DNA of 64,000 bases, from assembly GCA_965205975.1 (NCBI GenBank), contig OZ242195.1, positions 1,248,001-1,312,000 of the forward strand, in the 5' to 3' direction. The notes beneath the pieces are model-generated. The model ran no database searches, was not told where the DNA came from, and worked only from the letters and a program-made list of their open reading frames with translations. Positions 19,074 to 28,438 of this stretch are shown piece by piece (position 1 is the stretch's first letter; every line of letters begins with the position of its first letter). A program made the position numbers and the translations under genes. Source of the stretch: Candidatus Latescibacterota bacterium (lineage in GTDB: Bacteria; Latescibacterota; UBA2968).

Positions 19074-19931
19074 ATGTTCAAAAGTCTCAATGCGGGTGCA
19101 ATTGGCGTAAGAGGAAGCGTTGATGAATTGATCGGCTATGCAAAACGCGCTGGTTTTCAGGGTGTTGATCCCAATATTCAGGAGATTGCTTCTCTCGTCA
19201 ATGTGCATGGTGCAGAACATGTGAAGGGGCTGTTTGCCGATGCCGGTTTGAGAATAGGCGCGTGGGGTTTGTCTGTGAATTGGCGAGGGGATGAAGCCGA
19301 GTTCAAGGCTGGTTTATCAAAGCTGGCCGATTTCGCCGCTGCTGGTGCTGCGGTAGGAGCTACGCGGGTTGCTCAATGGGTGCCTTCTGCTTCTGAAGAT
19401 CGCAAATTTGGCGACAATTTCAGGTGGCATATTGATCGCTTTAAGCCGATTGCCGAAATTTTGGGTGAGCATGGATGTAGCCTAGGGCTGGAATTTATTG
19501 GGCCGCGCACTCTGCGGGTGGATAAATCTTATGGGTTTATTCATTCGATAGATGGCATGCTCGCGCTTGGTCATGCGATTGGCACCGGCAATGTGGGGCT
19601 GCTTCTCGATTGCTGGCACTGGTACACGGGTTTGGGGACTATATCAGACCTGATGGCATTGACCGCTGACGATGTGGTGCATGTCCACGTCAATGATGCG
19701 CCCGATGGCGTTGATGTGGGCGATCAGATTGACAATAAACGCGCCCTGCCAGGTGAGACAGGCGTGATTGATCTCGTTGGCTTTTTGGGTGCGTTGCAAA
19801 AAATTGGCTATGACGGTCCGGTGTCACCCGAGCCTTTTAGCCAGTCGGTGCGGGAAATGGCAGCGCAAGATGCGGTGCAAACAACACACGACGCGCTGGA
19901 TAAGAGTTGGCAAGCCGCTCAGTTATCCTGA
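19074..19931 (+). CDS. Sugar phosphate isomerase/epimerase (xylose-isomerase-like TIM barrel)
   Basis: LGLEF, NVGLLLDCWHW, HVHVND, RALPGETGVID, GYDGPVSPE; RBS AAGGAG. Confidence 0.88.
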   Translation: MFKSLNAGAIGVRGSVDELIGYAKRAGFQGVDPNIQEIASLVNVHGAEHVKGLFADAGLRIGAWGLSVNWRGDEAEFKAGLSKLADFAAAGAAVGATRVAQWVPSASEDRKFGDNFRWHIDRFKPIAEILGEHGCSLGLEFIGPRTLRVDKSYGFIHSIDGMLALGHAIGTGNVGLLLDCWHWYTGLGTISDLMALTADDVVHVHVNDAPDGVDVGDQIDNKRALPGETGVIDLVGFLGALQKIGYDGPVSPEPFSQSVREMAAQDAVQTTHDALDKSWQAAQLS

Positions 19932-19942
19932 GGAGAATTGCG

Positions 19943-20497
19943 ATGGAGGCTTTTGTCGAGAATTACATCGCGCAAAATTTGACCTTGCTCAAGTCGCTGG
20001 ATGCCAGAGAGATTGCCTGTATTATTGCCGAGTTTGGGAAAGCGAGAGATACGCATAAGAGAATTTATGCCATTGGCAATGGGGGCAGCGCGAGTACGGC
20101 GTCGCATTTTGTCAACGATATGGGCAAGGGCGCTTCAATTGGGCGCGAAACGCGCTTTAAGACGATTCCGCTGACAGATAATGTGGAATGGATGACGGCG
20201 CTGAGCAATGATTTGTGCTACGAAGATGTGTATGTTGAGCAATTGAAAAATTTTGCAGAACCCGGCGATGTTTTGCTGGCGATAAGCGGCAGTGGAAATT
20301 CCGAAAATGTGTTGCGGGCGGTGCGGTATGCCAACGGTGTGGGCTGTGTTACTATTGGATTTACGGGATTTGAAGGAGGAAAGCTGAGAGAACTCGTTCA
20401 ACATTGCGTGGTGATTCCCTCCGACCACATGGGGCGTATCGAAGATATGCATCTTATTTTGCAACACATGATCTGTTATTATTTTATGGAACAGTGA
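19943..20497 (+). CDS. SIS-domain protein, phosphoheptose isomerase (GmhA)-like
   Basis: GNGGSASTASH, TALSND, ISGSGNSENV, TGFEGGKL, IEDMH. Confidence 0.88.
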   Translation: MEAFVENYIAQNLTLLKSLDAREIACIIAEFGKARDTHKRIYAIGNGGSASTASHFVNDMGKGASIGRETRFKTIPLTDNVEWMTALSNDLCYEDVYVEQLKNFAEPGDVLLAISGSGNSENVLRAVRYANGVGCVTIGFTGFEGGKLRELVQHCVVIPSDHMGRIEDMHLILQHMICYYFMEQ

Positions 20498-20506
20498 GCA
20501 TCATGC

Positions 20507-21541
20507 ATGGTTCGATTGTCTGGGTGTCTGCTAATTCTCGTGTTCGGCTTTGGATCCGAGATCGGGTATCTCTATCAGTTGTTCAAAGGTCAGGTCGCGC
20601 TTCTGTGGAAAGCAGAACCCATTGACGAGGTTCTGAAAGCGAGAAGGCTCTCGCCCGATCAGCGCGCAAAATTGGAACTCGTGCAGGCTATCCGAGCGTT
20701 TGCCCAGAGCGAAATCGGTCTGAATACCTCAAAAAATTACACCACGTATGTCGATATCGGACGCGGGCCGGTGTCGTGGAATCTGGTTGTTTGTCCCAAA
20801 GATCGTCTTGAACCGCTTGAGTGGTCTTACCCTATCGTGGGCGCGGTTCCCTACCGGGGGTATTTTGATCGCGAAAAAGCCGAAGAGGCGCGTGATCGCT
20901 ATGTAGCTGAAGGGTATGACACCTATTTGCGACCGGTGAGCGCGTATAGCACACTGGGATGGTTTTCCGATCCGGTATTGAGCTCTATGTTGCGCTATTC
21001 CGAAGGCAATCTGGTCGATCTCATCATTCACGAGTTGACGCATGCAACGGTGTGGATTGAAGGAGATGTTACCTTTAATGAGAGTCTGGCGAGTTTTGTC
21101 GGTGAAGCCGGGGCATTGATGTGGTTGCAGCGCAAATACGGCGCTGATTCAGAAGCGGTGCATCGGATACTTGCCGAGCGTGCAGATGGTGTTGTTTTTC
21201 GAAAATTTATGCGCGATATTGCTTCCCGCCTCAATTCACTTTATCAGTCCAATTCTCCCCATAAAATAACGCAACGCCAGCAGATCTTTGATTCCGCACG
21301 CGCAGAATTTCACACTCTCCCTCTTAAAACCGATCTATATGCCCGCTTTCCTTCGTGGGAAATCAACAATGCGCGGATGGCTCTTTATCGGATTTATAGG
21401 GAGCGCACGGATGTGTTTGCGCGCGTGTATCTGGCATATGATAATGATTTGAAAGCGACTGTTGAGGTCTTGCAACAATGTGCAAATACAGAGGACCCAG
21501 CAGCGTGGCTGGAAGAATGGCTTATGAGAATTAAAAATTAG
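20507..21541 (+). CDS. Putative zinc aminopeptidase (DUF2265-type)
   Basis: VPYRGYF, AYSTLGWFSDP, HELTH (HExxH), FNESLASFV, NNA. Confidence 0.85.
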   Translation: MVRLSGCLLILVFGFGSEIGYLYQLFKGQVALLWKAEPIDEVLKARRLSPDQRAKLELVQAIRAFAQSEIGLNTSKNYTTYVDIGRGPVSWNLVVCPKDRLEPLEWSYPIVGAVPYRGYFDREKAEEARDRYVAEGYDTYLRPVSAYSTLGWFSDPVLSSMLRYSEGNLVDLIIHELTHATVWIEGDVTFNESLASFVGEAGALMWLQRKYGADSEAVHRILAERADGVVFRKFMRDIASRLNSLYQSNSPHKITQRQQIFDSARAEFHTLPLKTDLYARFPSWEINNARMALYRIYRERTDVFARVYLAYDNDLKATVEVLQQCANTEDPAAWLEEWLMRIKN

Positions 21542-21566
21542 GAATTGAGAATTAGGAATTGGAAAT
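21526..21566 (+). repeat. Heptamer tandem repeat (RRRAATT)x~6 overlapping the stop codon
   Basis: GAGAATT AAAAATT AGGAATT GAGAATT AGGAATT GGAAAT. Confidence 0.75.
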
Positions 21567-21600
21567 AGGGCAGCCTGACAATTCGTGGTTTTTTCTTTAT

Positions 21601-21644
21601 CCCGTTGCCTTTCATCTGCGTACATCTGCGTACATCTGCGGATT
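21601..21644 (-). repeat. Dispersed repeat with 10-bp tandem units, copy 2 (inverted)
   Basis: Reverse complement AATCCGCAGATGTACGCAGATGTACGCAGATGAAAGGCAACGGG; 40/44 to copy 1. Confidence 0.8.
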
Positions 21645-21661
21645 GGCCTTTGGAGGTTGTT

Positions 21662-22810
21662 ATGACTTACAGAGTCGGTATTATTGGATGCGGTTCAATT
21701 GCGCGCACTCACGCCGATGGGTATTTGCGCGTTGCCAATGCAGAGATGGTGGCGGTTGCCGATCCCCATCCGGTTGCGCGAGAGCAATTTTGCGAGGAGT
21801 TTGGCATTCCCAATGCCTATGCTTCGGTGAAGGAGATGGTCGCAAAGGAAGATCTCGATATCGCCAGCATTTGTACGTGGCATCTTCTTCATCCCGATTG
21901 TACGATTGACGCGGCGAATGGCGGTGTGCCGGGTATTATTTGTGAAAAGCCCATGGCGATTGGGCTTGGTGAGGCAGATCGCATGCTGGATGCGTGTGAA
22001 AAAAATGGGACAAAGCTGGTGGTCAGCCATCAGCGGCGTTTTACACCTGGTTGGGTGAAAGCGCGGGCTTTGATGCGGCAAAAGGTTATCGGCGATGCTG
22101 TGATGGTGCATGGACAAGTCGCTCAGGGATTGATCAACTGGGCGACGCATACCATTGATGGCATTCGCTTTGTACTGGATGATCCAGAAACTGAGTGGGT
22201 GATGGGTGCTGTCGAGCGGCAGACGGATCGCTTTGAGCGCGATACACCGATTGAGGATGCGTGTATGGGTTTGATCGCTTTTGCCAATGGTGCTCAGGCT
22301 TTGATACAGGCGGATTTGAACCGTCCAGGTGAACAGGCAGGGCATTTTCAGATTCGCGGCTCAGAGGGATTGATGGAGGTGACCGAGCGCACCATTCGCG
22401 TGTTCAATACAGGTGGATGGAAGGATGTGGAAATTGCAGCCGATGAGGCGTATCGCGCAATTGGCGGCGAGACCAATGCCGATTCTGTGCGCGAATTAAT
22501 CGCGTGGTTGGAAGGGGGCAATGAACACCGCTCTTCGGGGCATAAGGCGCGTGCAACTGTCGAGATTATGATGGCGCTGTTTGAATCTGCGCGGCAACAT
22601 CGGGTTGTGCATCTGCCGCTTGAGGAAATAGGCTATCCGCTACAATTGATGATCGAAGAGGGCAAGTTGCCCGTTACTGTTCCCGGGAGATATGATATTC
22701 GCGCATTTCTCAATCCCGAGGGTATGGATGAAGCAGCGTACAGGCGGCTGAGAGCCGAAGGTGTGAGCCATTCTGCGGCGATGCGACAGCTTGCAGAAGA
22801 AAAGCAATGA
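21662..22810 (+). CDS. Gfo/Idh/MocA-family oxidoreductase
   Basis: VGIIGCGSIA, ICEKPMA, SHQRRF, THTID; RBS GGAGG. Confidence 0.9.
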   Translation: MTYRVGIIGCGSIARTHADGYLRVANAEMVAVADPHPVAREQFCEEFGIPNAYASVKEMVAKEDLDIASICTWHLLHPDCTIDAANGGVPGIICEKPMAIGLGEADRMLDACEKNGTKLVVSHQRRFTPGWVKARALMRQKVIGDAVMVHGQVAQGLINWATHTIDGIRFVLDDPETEWVMGAVERQTDRFERDTPIEDACMGLIAFANGAQALIQADLNRPGEQAGHFQIRGSEGLMEVTERTIRVFNTGGWKDVEIAADEAYRAIGGETNADSVRELIAWLEGGNEHRSSGHKARATVEIMMALFESARQHRVVHLPLEEIGYPLQLMIEEGKLPVTVPGRYDIRAFLNPEGMDEAAYRRLRAEGVSHSAAMRQLAEEKQ

Positions 22811-25221
22811 GTGCTACTATGGACGCAAACCGTCAATTTTTACCTTTTCTAATTACCCTCTTTGTGGGGAGTGGATGCGCTGCGCTCATTTACGAAATTG
22901 TCTGGTTTCAGATGTTGCAACTGATTATCGGGTCTTCGGCAATTTCTCTGGGTATATTGCTGGGTACGTTTATGGGCGGGATGTGCGTTGGCAGTGTGAT
23001 GCTCTCGCGCATTATTTCAACGCGCTACCATCCGTTAAAGGTCTATGCGCTTTTGGAATTGGGCATTGGTGTCATGGGCCTGATTTTGCTTTTCGTCCTA
23101 CCCCTGATCGGTACGGTTTATATCGGTGTGGCAACGTATGGATTTGGGGGACATTTCTTGCGGGGGATTGTCTGTGCAATCTGTCTTTTTTTCCCCACAG
23201 TGTTGATGGGCGCGACCCTGCCTGCGATAGCGCGGTGGACAGAGTCAACGCCTCGCGGTGTTTCGTGGCTCGGTTTTTTTTATGGAGGAAATATTGCCGG
23301 TGCTGTTTGCGGGTGTTTGTTCGCGGGTTTTTATCTTTTGCGCCTGTACGATGTGGTTACGGCGACTTATGTGGCGGTCGCGCTTAATTTAGCTGTGTCA
23401 CTTATCGGATATGGGTTGGCGAAATGGGCTGAATACGATGCGCCAATGGGAAAGACGGCCACGCGCAGTTTGTGGATTTCAGAAGCGCGATCAGTTTATG
23501 TGACCATTGGAATTTCCGGCGCGTGCGCGCTGGGTGCTCAGGTAATTTGGACGCGGTTGCTGTCGCTAATGATGGGGGCAACTGTTTACGCTTTTTCGAT
23601 TATCCTGGGGGTTTTTCTAATCGGGTTGGGTGTAGGTAGTAGTGTGGGGGCGTATTTTGCACGCACAAAAGTAAACCCCAAAATTGCGCTTGGTTGGTGC
23701 CAACTTCTTCTTGTTGGTGCTATTGCCTGGGCGGCTTACTCGCTTGCCCATTTGCTTCCTTACTGGACATCGGGAGGAACAACCGCAGTGCGATTTCAAC
23801 TGGATTTGCTGCGTTGTTTTGTGGCTATTTTTCCCGCGACCGTGCTGTGGGGGGGCAGTTTTCCGCTGGCTCTCGCTGCGGCGCGTTCGCAGGAAGGCGA
23901 TCCCGGTGCTCTGGCCGGGAGCGTGTATGCGGCCAATACGGCAGGTGCAATTGTGGGAGCGCTCGGTTTTAGTGTGGTTTTGATCGCGCTTTTGGGGACG
24001 CAGATGGCGCAACAGGTGTTACTCATCCTTTCTGCATTTGGGGCTGTTTTGATGTTTGGGAGAAGTTTGTGGCAGGTGCGCGATGCGGGCAGAACTGTCA
24101 GGTCAGATCGATGGGTAGGTGTTATGGTAGGTGTAGCCTTGCTGGTGTGGAGTATGCCGGGGCCACCGCCGTCGTTAATTGCTTATGGTCGTTCACTTCT
24201 CGATTGGGGAGAGGACGCGACATATATTTACGCTGGTGAAGGGATGAATGCATCGGTTGCAGTGTCTGAGTTGGACAATGGCGTGCGGAATTTTCACGTT
24301 AGTGGAAAAGTCGTAGCTTCCAGCGAACCACAGGATATGCGTTTGCAGCGCCTGTTGGGGCATCTTTCTGCATTGATGCACAGGGAGCCGCGTTCTGTGC
24401 TCGTGGTTGGGTGTGGTGCAGGAGTGACGGCGGGAACTTATGTTTTGTATCCGAGTGTTGAACGCATTGTGATCTGCGAGATCGAGCCGTTGATTCCTCC
24501 TGCAGCTGAGGTGTATTTTGGTCCTGAGAACTACGATGTATTAAAAGATCCCCGCGTGGAAGTTGTGATTGATGATGCGCGACATTATCTGCTGGCAACA
24601 GATGAGAAATTCGATATTATTACGTCAGATCCGATTCACCCCTGGGTTAAGGGTGCTGGCGCACTGTATTCGAAAGAGTATTTTGGGTTGTGCAAAGAGC
24701 GTTTGAATCCCGGAGGTGTTGTGACGCAGTGGGTACCGCTTTACGAGTCGCGGTTAGATGCGGTAAAGAGCGAGATCGCGACATTTTTTCAGGTGTTCCC
24801 AGATGGAACAATTTGGGGTAATCAAAATGAAGGCGAGGGATATGATGTTGTGCTATTGGGACAGAAAGATTCTCGCGTCGTCGATGTGGATGCCTTGCAG
24901 GCGCGTTTGGATCGCGAGGATTACACGGAGGTATGGTACTCGCTTGATGATGTGTCTTTGGGATCATCTGTCGCGCTGCTTTCGACGTATGCCGGGCGTG
25001 CATCTGATCTGGGCGAATGGCTCGCAGATGCCCAGATCAATCTGGATCGCAATATGCGGCTTCAGTATTTGGCGGGGTTGGGTTTGAATAACTATGAAGC
25101 AGATGCGATTTATACGGCGCTCTTAGAGCATGCGCGTTATCCCGCAAATTTTTTTGTTGCGACTGAAGCGACAGAAGCCGCATTGAAGGCGCAACTTAAT
25201 CGGCAGCACGAGGGGCGATAA
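22807..25221 (+). CDS. Fused membrane/spermidine-synthase-like SAM-dependent transferase
   Basis: SGCAALIYEIVW, LMGATLP, VYAANTAGAIVG TM repeats, then VLVVGCGAGVT, EIEP, DDARHYL, FDIITSDP. Confidence 0.88.
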   Translation: MSATMDANRQFLPFLITLFVGSGCAALIYEIVWFQMLQLIIGSSAISLGILLGTFMGGMCVGSVMLSRIISTRYHPLKVYALLELGIGVMGLILLFVLPLIGTVYIGVATYGFGGHFLRGIVCAICLFFPTVLMGATLPAIARWTESTPRGVSWLGFFYGGNIAGAVCGCLFAGFYLLRLYDVVTATYVAVALNLAVSLIGYGLAKWAEYDAPMGKTATRSLWISEARSVYVTIGISGACALGAQVIWTRLLSLMMGATVYAFSIILGVFLIGLGVGSSVGAYFARTKVNPKIALGWCQLLLVGAIAWAAYSLAHLLPYWTSGGTTAVRFQLDLLRCFVAIFPATVLWGGSFPLALAAARSQEGDPGALAGSVYAANTAGAIVGALGFSVVLIALLGTQMAQQVLLILSAFGAVLMFGRSLWQVRDAGRTVRSDRWVGVMVGVALLVWSMPGPPPSLIAYGRSLLDWGEDATYIYAGEGMNASVAVSELDNGVRNFHVSGKVVASSEPQDMRLQRLLGHLSALMHREPRSVLVVGCGAGVTAGTYVLYPSVERIVICEIEPLIPPAAEVYFGPENYDVLKDPRVEVVIDDARHYLLATDEKFDIITSDPIHPWVKGAGALYSKEYFGLCKERLNPGGVVTQWVPLYESRLDAVKSEIATFFQVFPDGTIWGNQNEGEGYDVVLLGQKDSRVVDVDALQARLDREDYTEVWYSLDDVSLGSSVALLSTYAGRASDLGEWLADAQINLDRNMRLQYLAGLGLNNYEADAIYTALLEHARYPANFFVATEATEAALKAQLNRQHEGR

Positions 25222-25250
25222 AAGAAAACAGCGCGGGCACTACAAGTTAG

Positions 25251-25282
25251 AAAAACGCCGTCGGAAAATAACTGACGGCGTT
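25251..25282. terminator. Terminator hairpin between convergent genes
   Basis: AAAAACGCCGTC...GACGGCGTT; U-tail on the minus strand. Confidence 0.7.
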
Positions 25283-25316
25283 CATTATTGTATGTGGGCG
25301 TGATCTCTGATATGAG

Positions 25317-26295
25317 CTAATACCCCTCAGTAAAGTTCAGATTCCAGGCACCACCTGCTGAGATATAGAGCATGTATTCCTTACCTGGCTTGATTTCGGT
25401 CGGATGGTCTTCGATGTGAAACTGACCTTCTTCATAATGATACACAAGGCACTGGTGCATTCCATCAACACTGTAAGCAGAGGCGAAGAAGTCCCCACCA
25501 CCCCTGTGACGAATCGTGGTGAGCAAAGGCCGAGAACCGGACATCAAAATTGTTGTGTGCTCGGGCTTTGAACTGATCCCAGTGGGTCATATTTCCGTCA
25601 CCACGGGCGAGATTTTCGCGGGAGTTTTCCCAAAGGATGTTCCTTGATTCCTTTGCCAAGTGCGGCGCGTTGTGGAAGGATTGGATATGGCTAGCGTGTT
25701 TGTTTTGCAGGAACTCTCTCACAGTATCTTCACCATAGTTGCGAATGCGATAGGGAATGCTATCGTGGTAGAAGCCTTGGGCTTCAGCCAAGGTGCGGGC
25801 ACCGCGCTCGCCACCTAATCCAGCATTTATAAACTTTTTCTTTAAACTGTCACTGAGGCTGTCAAACGGGAGACTGTCAAGCGATCTGGATGGTACGCTA
25901 CGAATCAGAATGTCTATACCAGCAGCGGCGGTAGCAGTTCCGATAGTAGCGGCAGTCGATCTGTTGCTTGTAGTTTCAGCTACTGCTTCTGGCCATTCGT
26001 AATAGATATCAACGCAGGCATTTTCACCAGATCCGATGCGTCGTCCGCAACGAGCGCAAGGCAGACTGCGGGGTGTATTACCGGTATTTTTGCCAGCATC
26101 CAGATAACGAACATAGCAGGCGTGTTTGCCATGCCGCCAGCATTCGGGGCAGCCGATGCAGTAGTTTTTGAAGTCGCCGCGACTGACGCCAGCCGGGGTT
26201 TCCTCGGGTAGTTCCGACAGGCACAGTCGACCGGGTTGGATAGTGTGCCTGCATTCAGCGCAACTCAGGCCGGGTTCTGCAATCATTGGCCACAT
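25317..26295 (-). pseudogene. Frameshifted or internally deleted gene: Cys-rich Zn-finger-like N-terminus, HNH-like segment, out-of-frame beta-rich C-terminus
   Basis: ORFs 25465..26295 and 25317..25547 overlap in different frames; CAEC..I..G and CARC..I..G repeats; SHIQS...NILWEN...N.ARG. Confidence 0.5.
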
Positions 26296-26428
26296 TTCTA
26301 TACTCCATATAAAAAATAAAATACCTGAACAAAATGAGAAGTTGTCTCGAATTATACAACTTCAAAATTCAGGCAAGGGTATTTTCTATGGTATAAAGTG
26401 CGAGGGTAACTATGGCAAACTATATATA

Positions 26429-26458
26429 AAAAACGCCATCAGCAAATGCTGATAGCGT
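26429..26458 (-). terminator. Terminator hairpin downstream of the AAA gene
   Basis: ACGCCATCAGC-AAAT-GCTGATAGCGT preceded by an A-run (U-tail on the minus strand). Confidence 0.6.
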
Positions 26459-26606
26459 CTTGGCTCACCCCCGATCTCATTTCTTCTACCCCGTAAAGCA
26501 GATTTAGCGCACAAACTTGATCTGGAGATAGTTCATATAGTATTTTTCCCGTTGTCATTACATTTGTTACAATATGATTGCCTATCCCTCTTTACCCTTC
26601 AAATTT

Positions 26607-28202
26607 CTACATTCCCCACACGGTAACTTTCGCATCTCCTATGCCCTCCTCGCGGCGGAATATCTTATCATCCCACGACTTGCCAGCGGTGCGGTCAAAG
26701 ACCACGAGATGGCCTTCCGTAGCGGCGCAGAGATCCATGTAAGCGCGGGTCTGTTCGAGGCTCTCGCGCACCGTCTGATCTAAGCTCTTGTAAAGCAATT
26801 TGCATTCGATCACCACCCGCTGAATCGCTTGAATAGGCCGAGTATCTCCAGGGGCTGGCCACAAAATCAGCAGGTCTGTACGCATGCGCCCCAACCCATA
26901 CTCTCGCTCGATCCGTCCGCCGCTGTTGACGATGCGCTGAAGGAACGCCTGAAGCAGCAACTGTGGACCGGCTTCTTTGTACTGAAACCGTTCGACCCAG
27001 TGTTCTGAGTGTTCGCGGAAGAATGACTGAAATGCGGTCAGTAGATCAGCGAGGCGCAGGCTACCATCCGCATCCACGTACCAGGCCGGGTCTTGAACGA
27101 GGTATTCTTGCGTGGTGTAGGTGAGATCGCGAGGGATGACTTCCTGATAGATCGGGTTGGCGATAGCGATGGGGCTTTGCCGACGCACGAGACCCAAATC
27201 GCGCACGTATTCCAGGTCGTCTTGGGGAATTGCTTCATCGGATCCAGCACCGCTCAACAGGGGTTCGATCACGCGGCGCACACGCTCTTCCTGGAGCTTA
27301 TCGGTGAGTTGATCAAGGTGGGTCTCGCGGCGCAAGATGAGTTGCTCGCGGGCGTCGCATATCGCGTTGGCTGTGACGGACTGGCTGCGATCCCGTCCGG
27401 CCTTGTTCCTGAAGCAGGCTTCATATGCCAGAGCATTCACGAGCCAGGGCTGTCCCTGTGTCAGTTCCCAAATTTTGCTTTGCGCGTTCTTGGCAAACAC
27501 CTGTCCGGTTTCCTCGGTGTGTTGCGCCAGTAGCTCTTGCACATCGTCCGCTGTGAAATCGCCCAGTCGTAGAGACTCAGCGCGGATGTTGAACGCGCTG
27601 CCGCCAGCGATACTCGCATTCTCCGAGGTGGATTGGATGCGGTAATCGCGCACATCGCGCACGCCGCACAGGACAACGCTCTGTGGAAACCTTTGTGGTC
27701 GTTGCGGGTACCCGGCACGGAGTTGCCGCAACACGGACAGGAGCGAGTCGCCGATCAGTGCGTCTATTTCGTCAATCAGCAGCACAAGCGGCCTATCATC
27801 AGCCGATGCCCAAAGCGTCAACACCTCCTGGAGTGCATCGTGTGGGCCGACCTCTTCGAGGGTATTGCGCCACACCTCTTTCACGGTGCGGTCACTCAGG
27901 ATGTATTCCGCCTCGCGAGCCATTTGGCTCAGTATGGGCCGCATGGCTGCCTCTACGTCTTCGCGGGCTGGTTGGGCGGTCTCGACATTTATATACAGGC
28001 AACGATACCGCCCGATCCCGTTCAGTTCGCCCATCAGTGCCAGCAACGCCGATGTCTTTCCCGTCTGCCGGGGTGCGTGCATAACGAAATACCGTTTCTC
28101 CTCAATTAGTCTCATGACCTCATCTAAGTCAATCCGTTCCAATGGGGGGATGTGGTAGTGATCCTTCGACCTGATGGGCCCGGCGGTGTTGAAAAAACGC
28201 AT
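26607..28202 (-). CDS. AAA-like ATPase (AAA_35 type) with C-terminal PD-(D/E)xK-like domain
   Basis: MRFFNTAGP, Walker A APRQTGKT, Walker B LLIDEID, TQGQPWLVN, C-terminal REYGLG..RTDLLI...VIECK; visibly more GC-rich than its neighbours. Confidence 0.85.
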   Translation of the reverse strand: MRFFNTAGPIRSKDHYHIPPLERIDLDEVMRLIEEKRYFVMHAPRQTGKTSALLALMGELNGIGRYRCLYINVETAQPAREDVEAAMRPILSQMAREAEYILSDRTVKEVWRNTLEEVGPHDALQEVLTLWASADDRPLVLLIDEIDALIGDSLLSVLRQLRAGYPQRPQRFPQSVVLCGVRDVRDYRIQSTSENASIAGGSAFNIRAESLRLGDFTADDVQELLAQHTEETGQVFAKNAQSKIWELTQGQPWLVNALAYEACFRNKAGRDRSQSVTANAICDAREQLILRRETHLDQLTDKLQEERVRRVIEPLLSGAGSDEAIPQDDLEYVRDLGLVRRQSPIAIANPIYQEVIPRDLTYTTQEYLVQDPAWYVDADGSLRLADLLTAFQSFFREHSEHWVERFQYKEAGPQLLLQAFLQRIVNSGGRIEREYGLGRMRTDLLILWPAPGDTRPIQAIQRVVIECKLLYKSLDQTVRESLEQTRAYMDLCAATEGHLVVFDRTAGKSWDDKIFRREEGIGDAKVTVWGM

Positions 28203-28438
28203 AGCTTAAACCTCATTAACCAGTGGCAGAGCGAACTACTGATCATCTAAAATGACCTTTTGTGCAATATAGCCCGAATCCAAAGGGGTGTCAATAAAGC
28301 GCGTTCAATTACAAGGAGATATACGACCAAAACCCTCGCCGCTTAAACTCCTTGACAGTCGAGAGTATATCTCAGAATTTTAATCTTCATGCGAGATTGC
28401 GGTTAAAGAAGACAATTTGTAGAGGAGGAATTAACAAT

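Noticed and set aside
19943..20497. Assigning the symbol gmhA
   Set aside because: The family is clear, but no heptose/LPS genes are adjacent and the context is catabolic, so the exact function is uncertain.
17829..21644. CRISPR array
   Set aside because: Repeats are short tandem units without unique spacers; no cas genes seen.
26459..26480. tRNA 3'-end or att remnant (TGGCTCACCCCC)
   Set aside because: No T-arm (GTTCGA) or cloverleaf nearby and no integrase.
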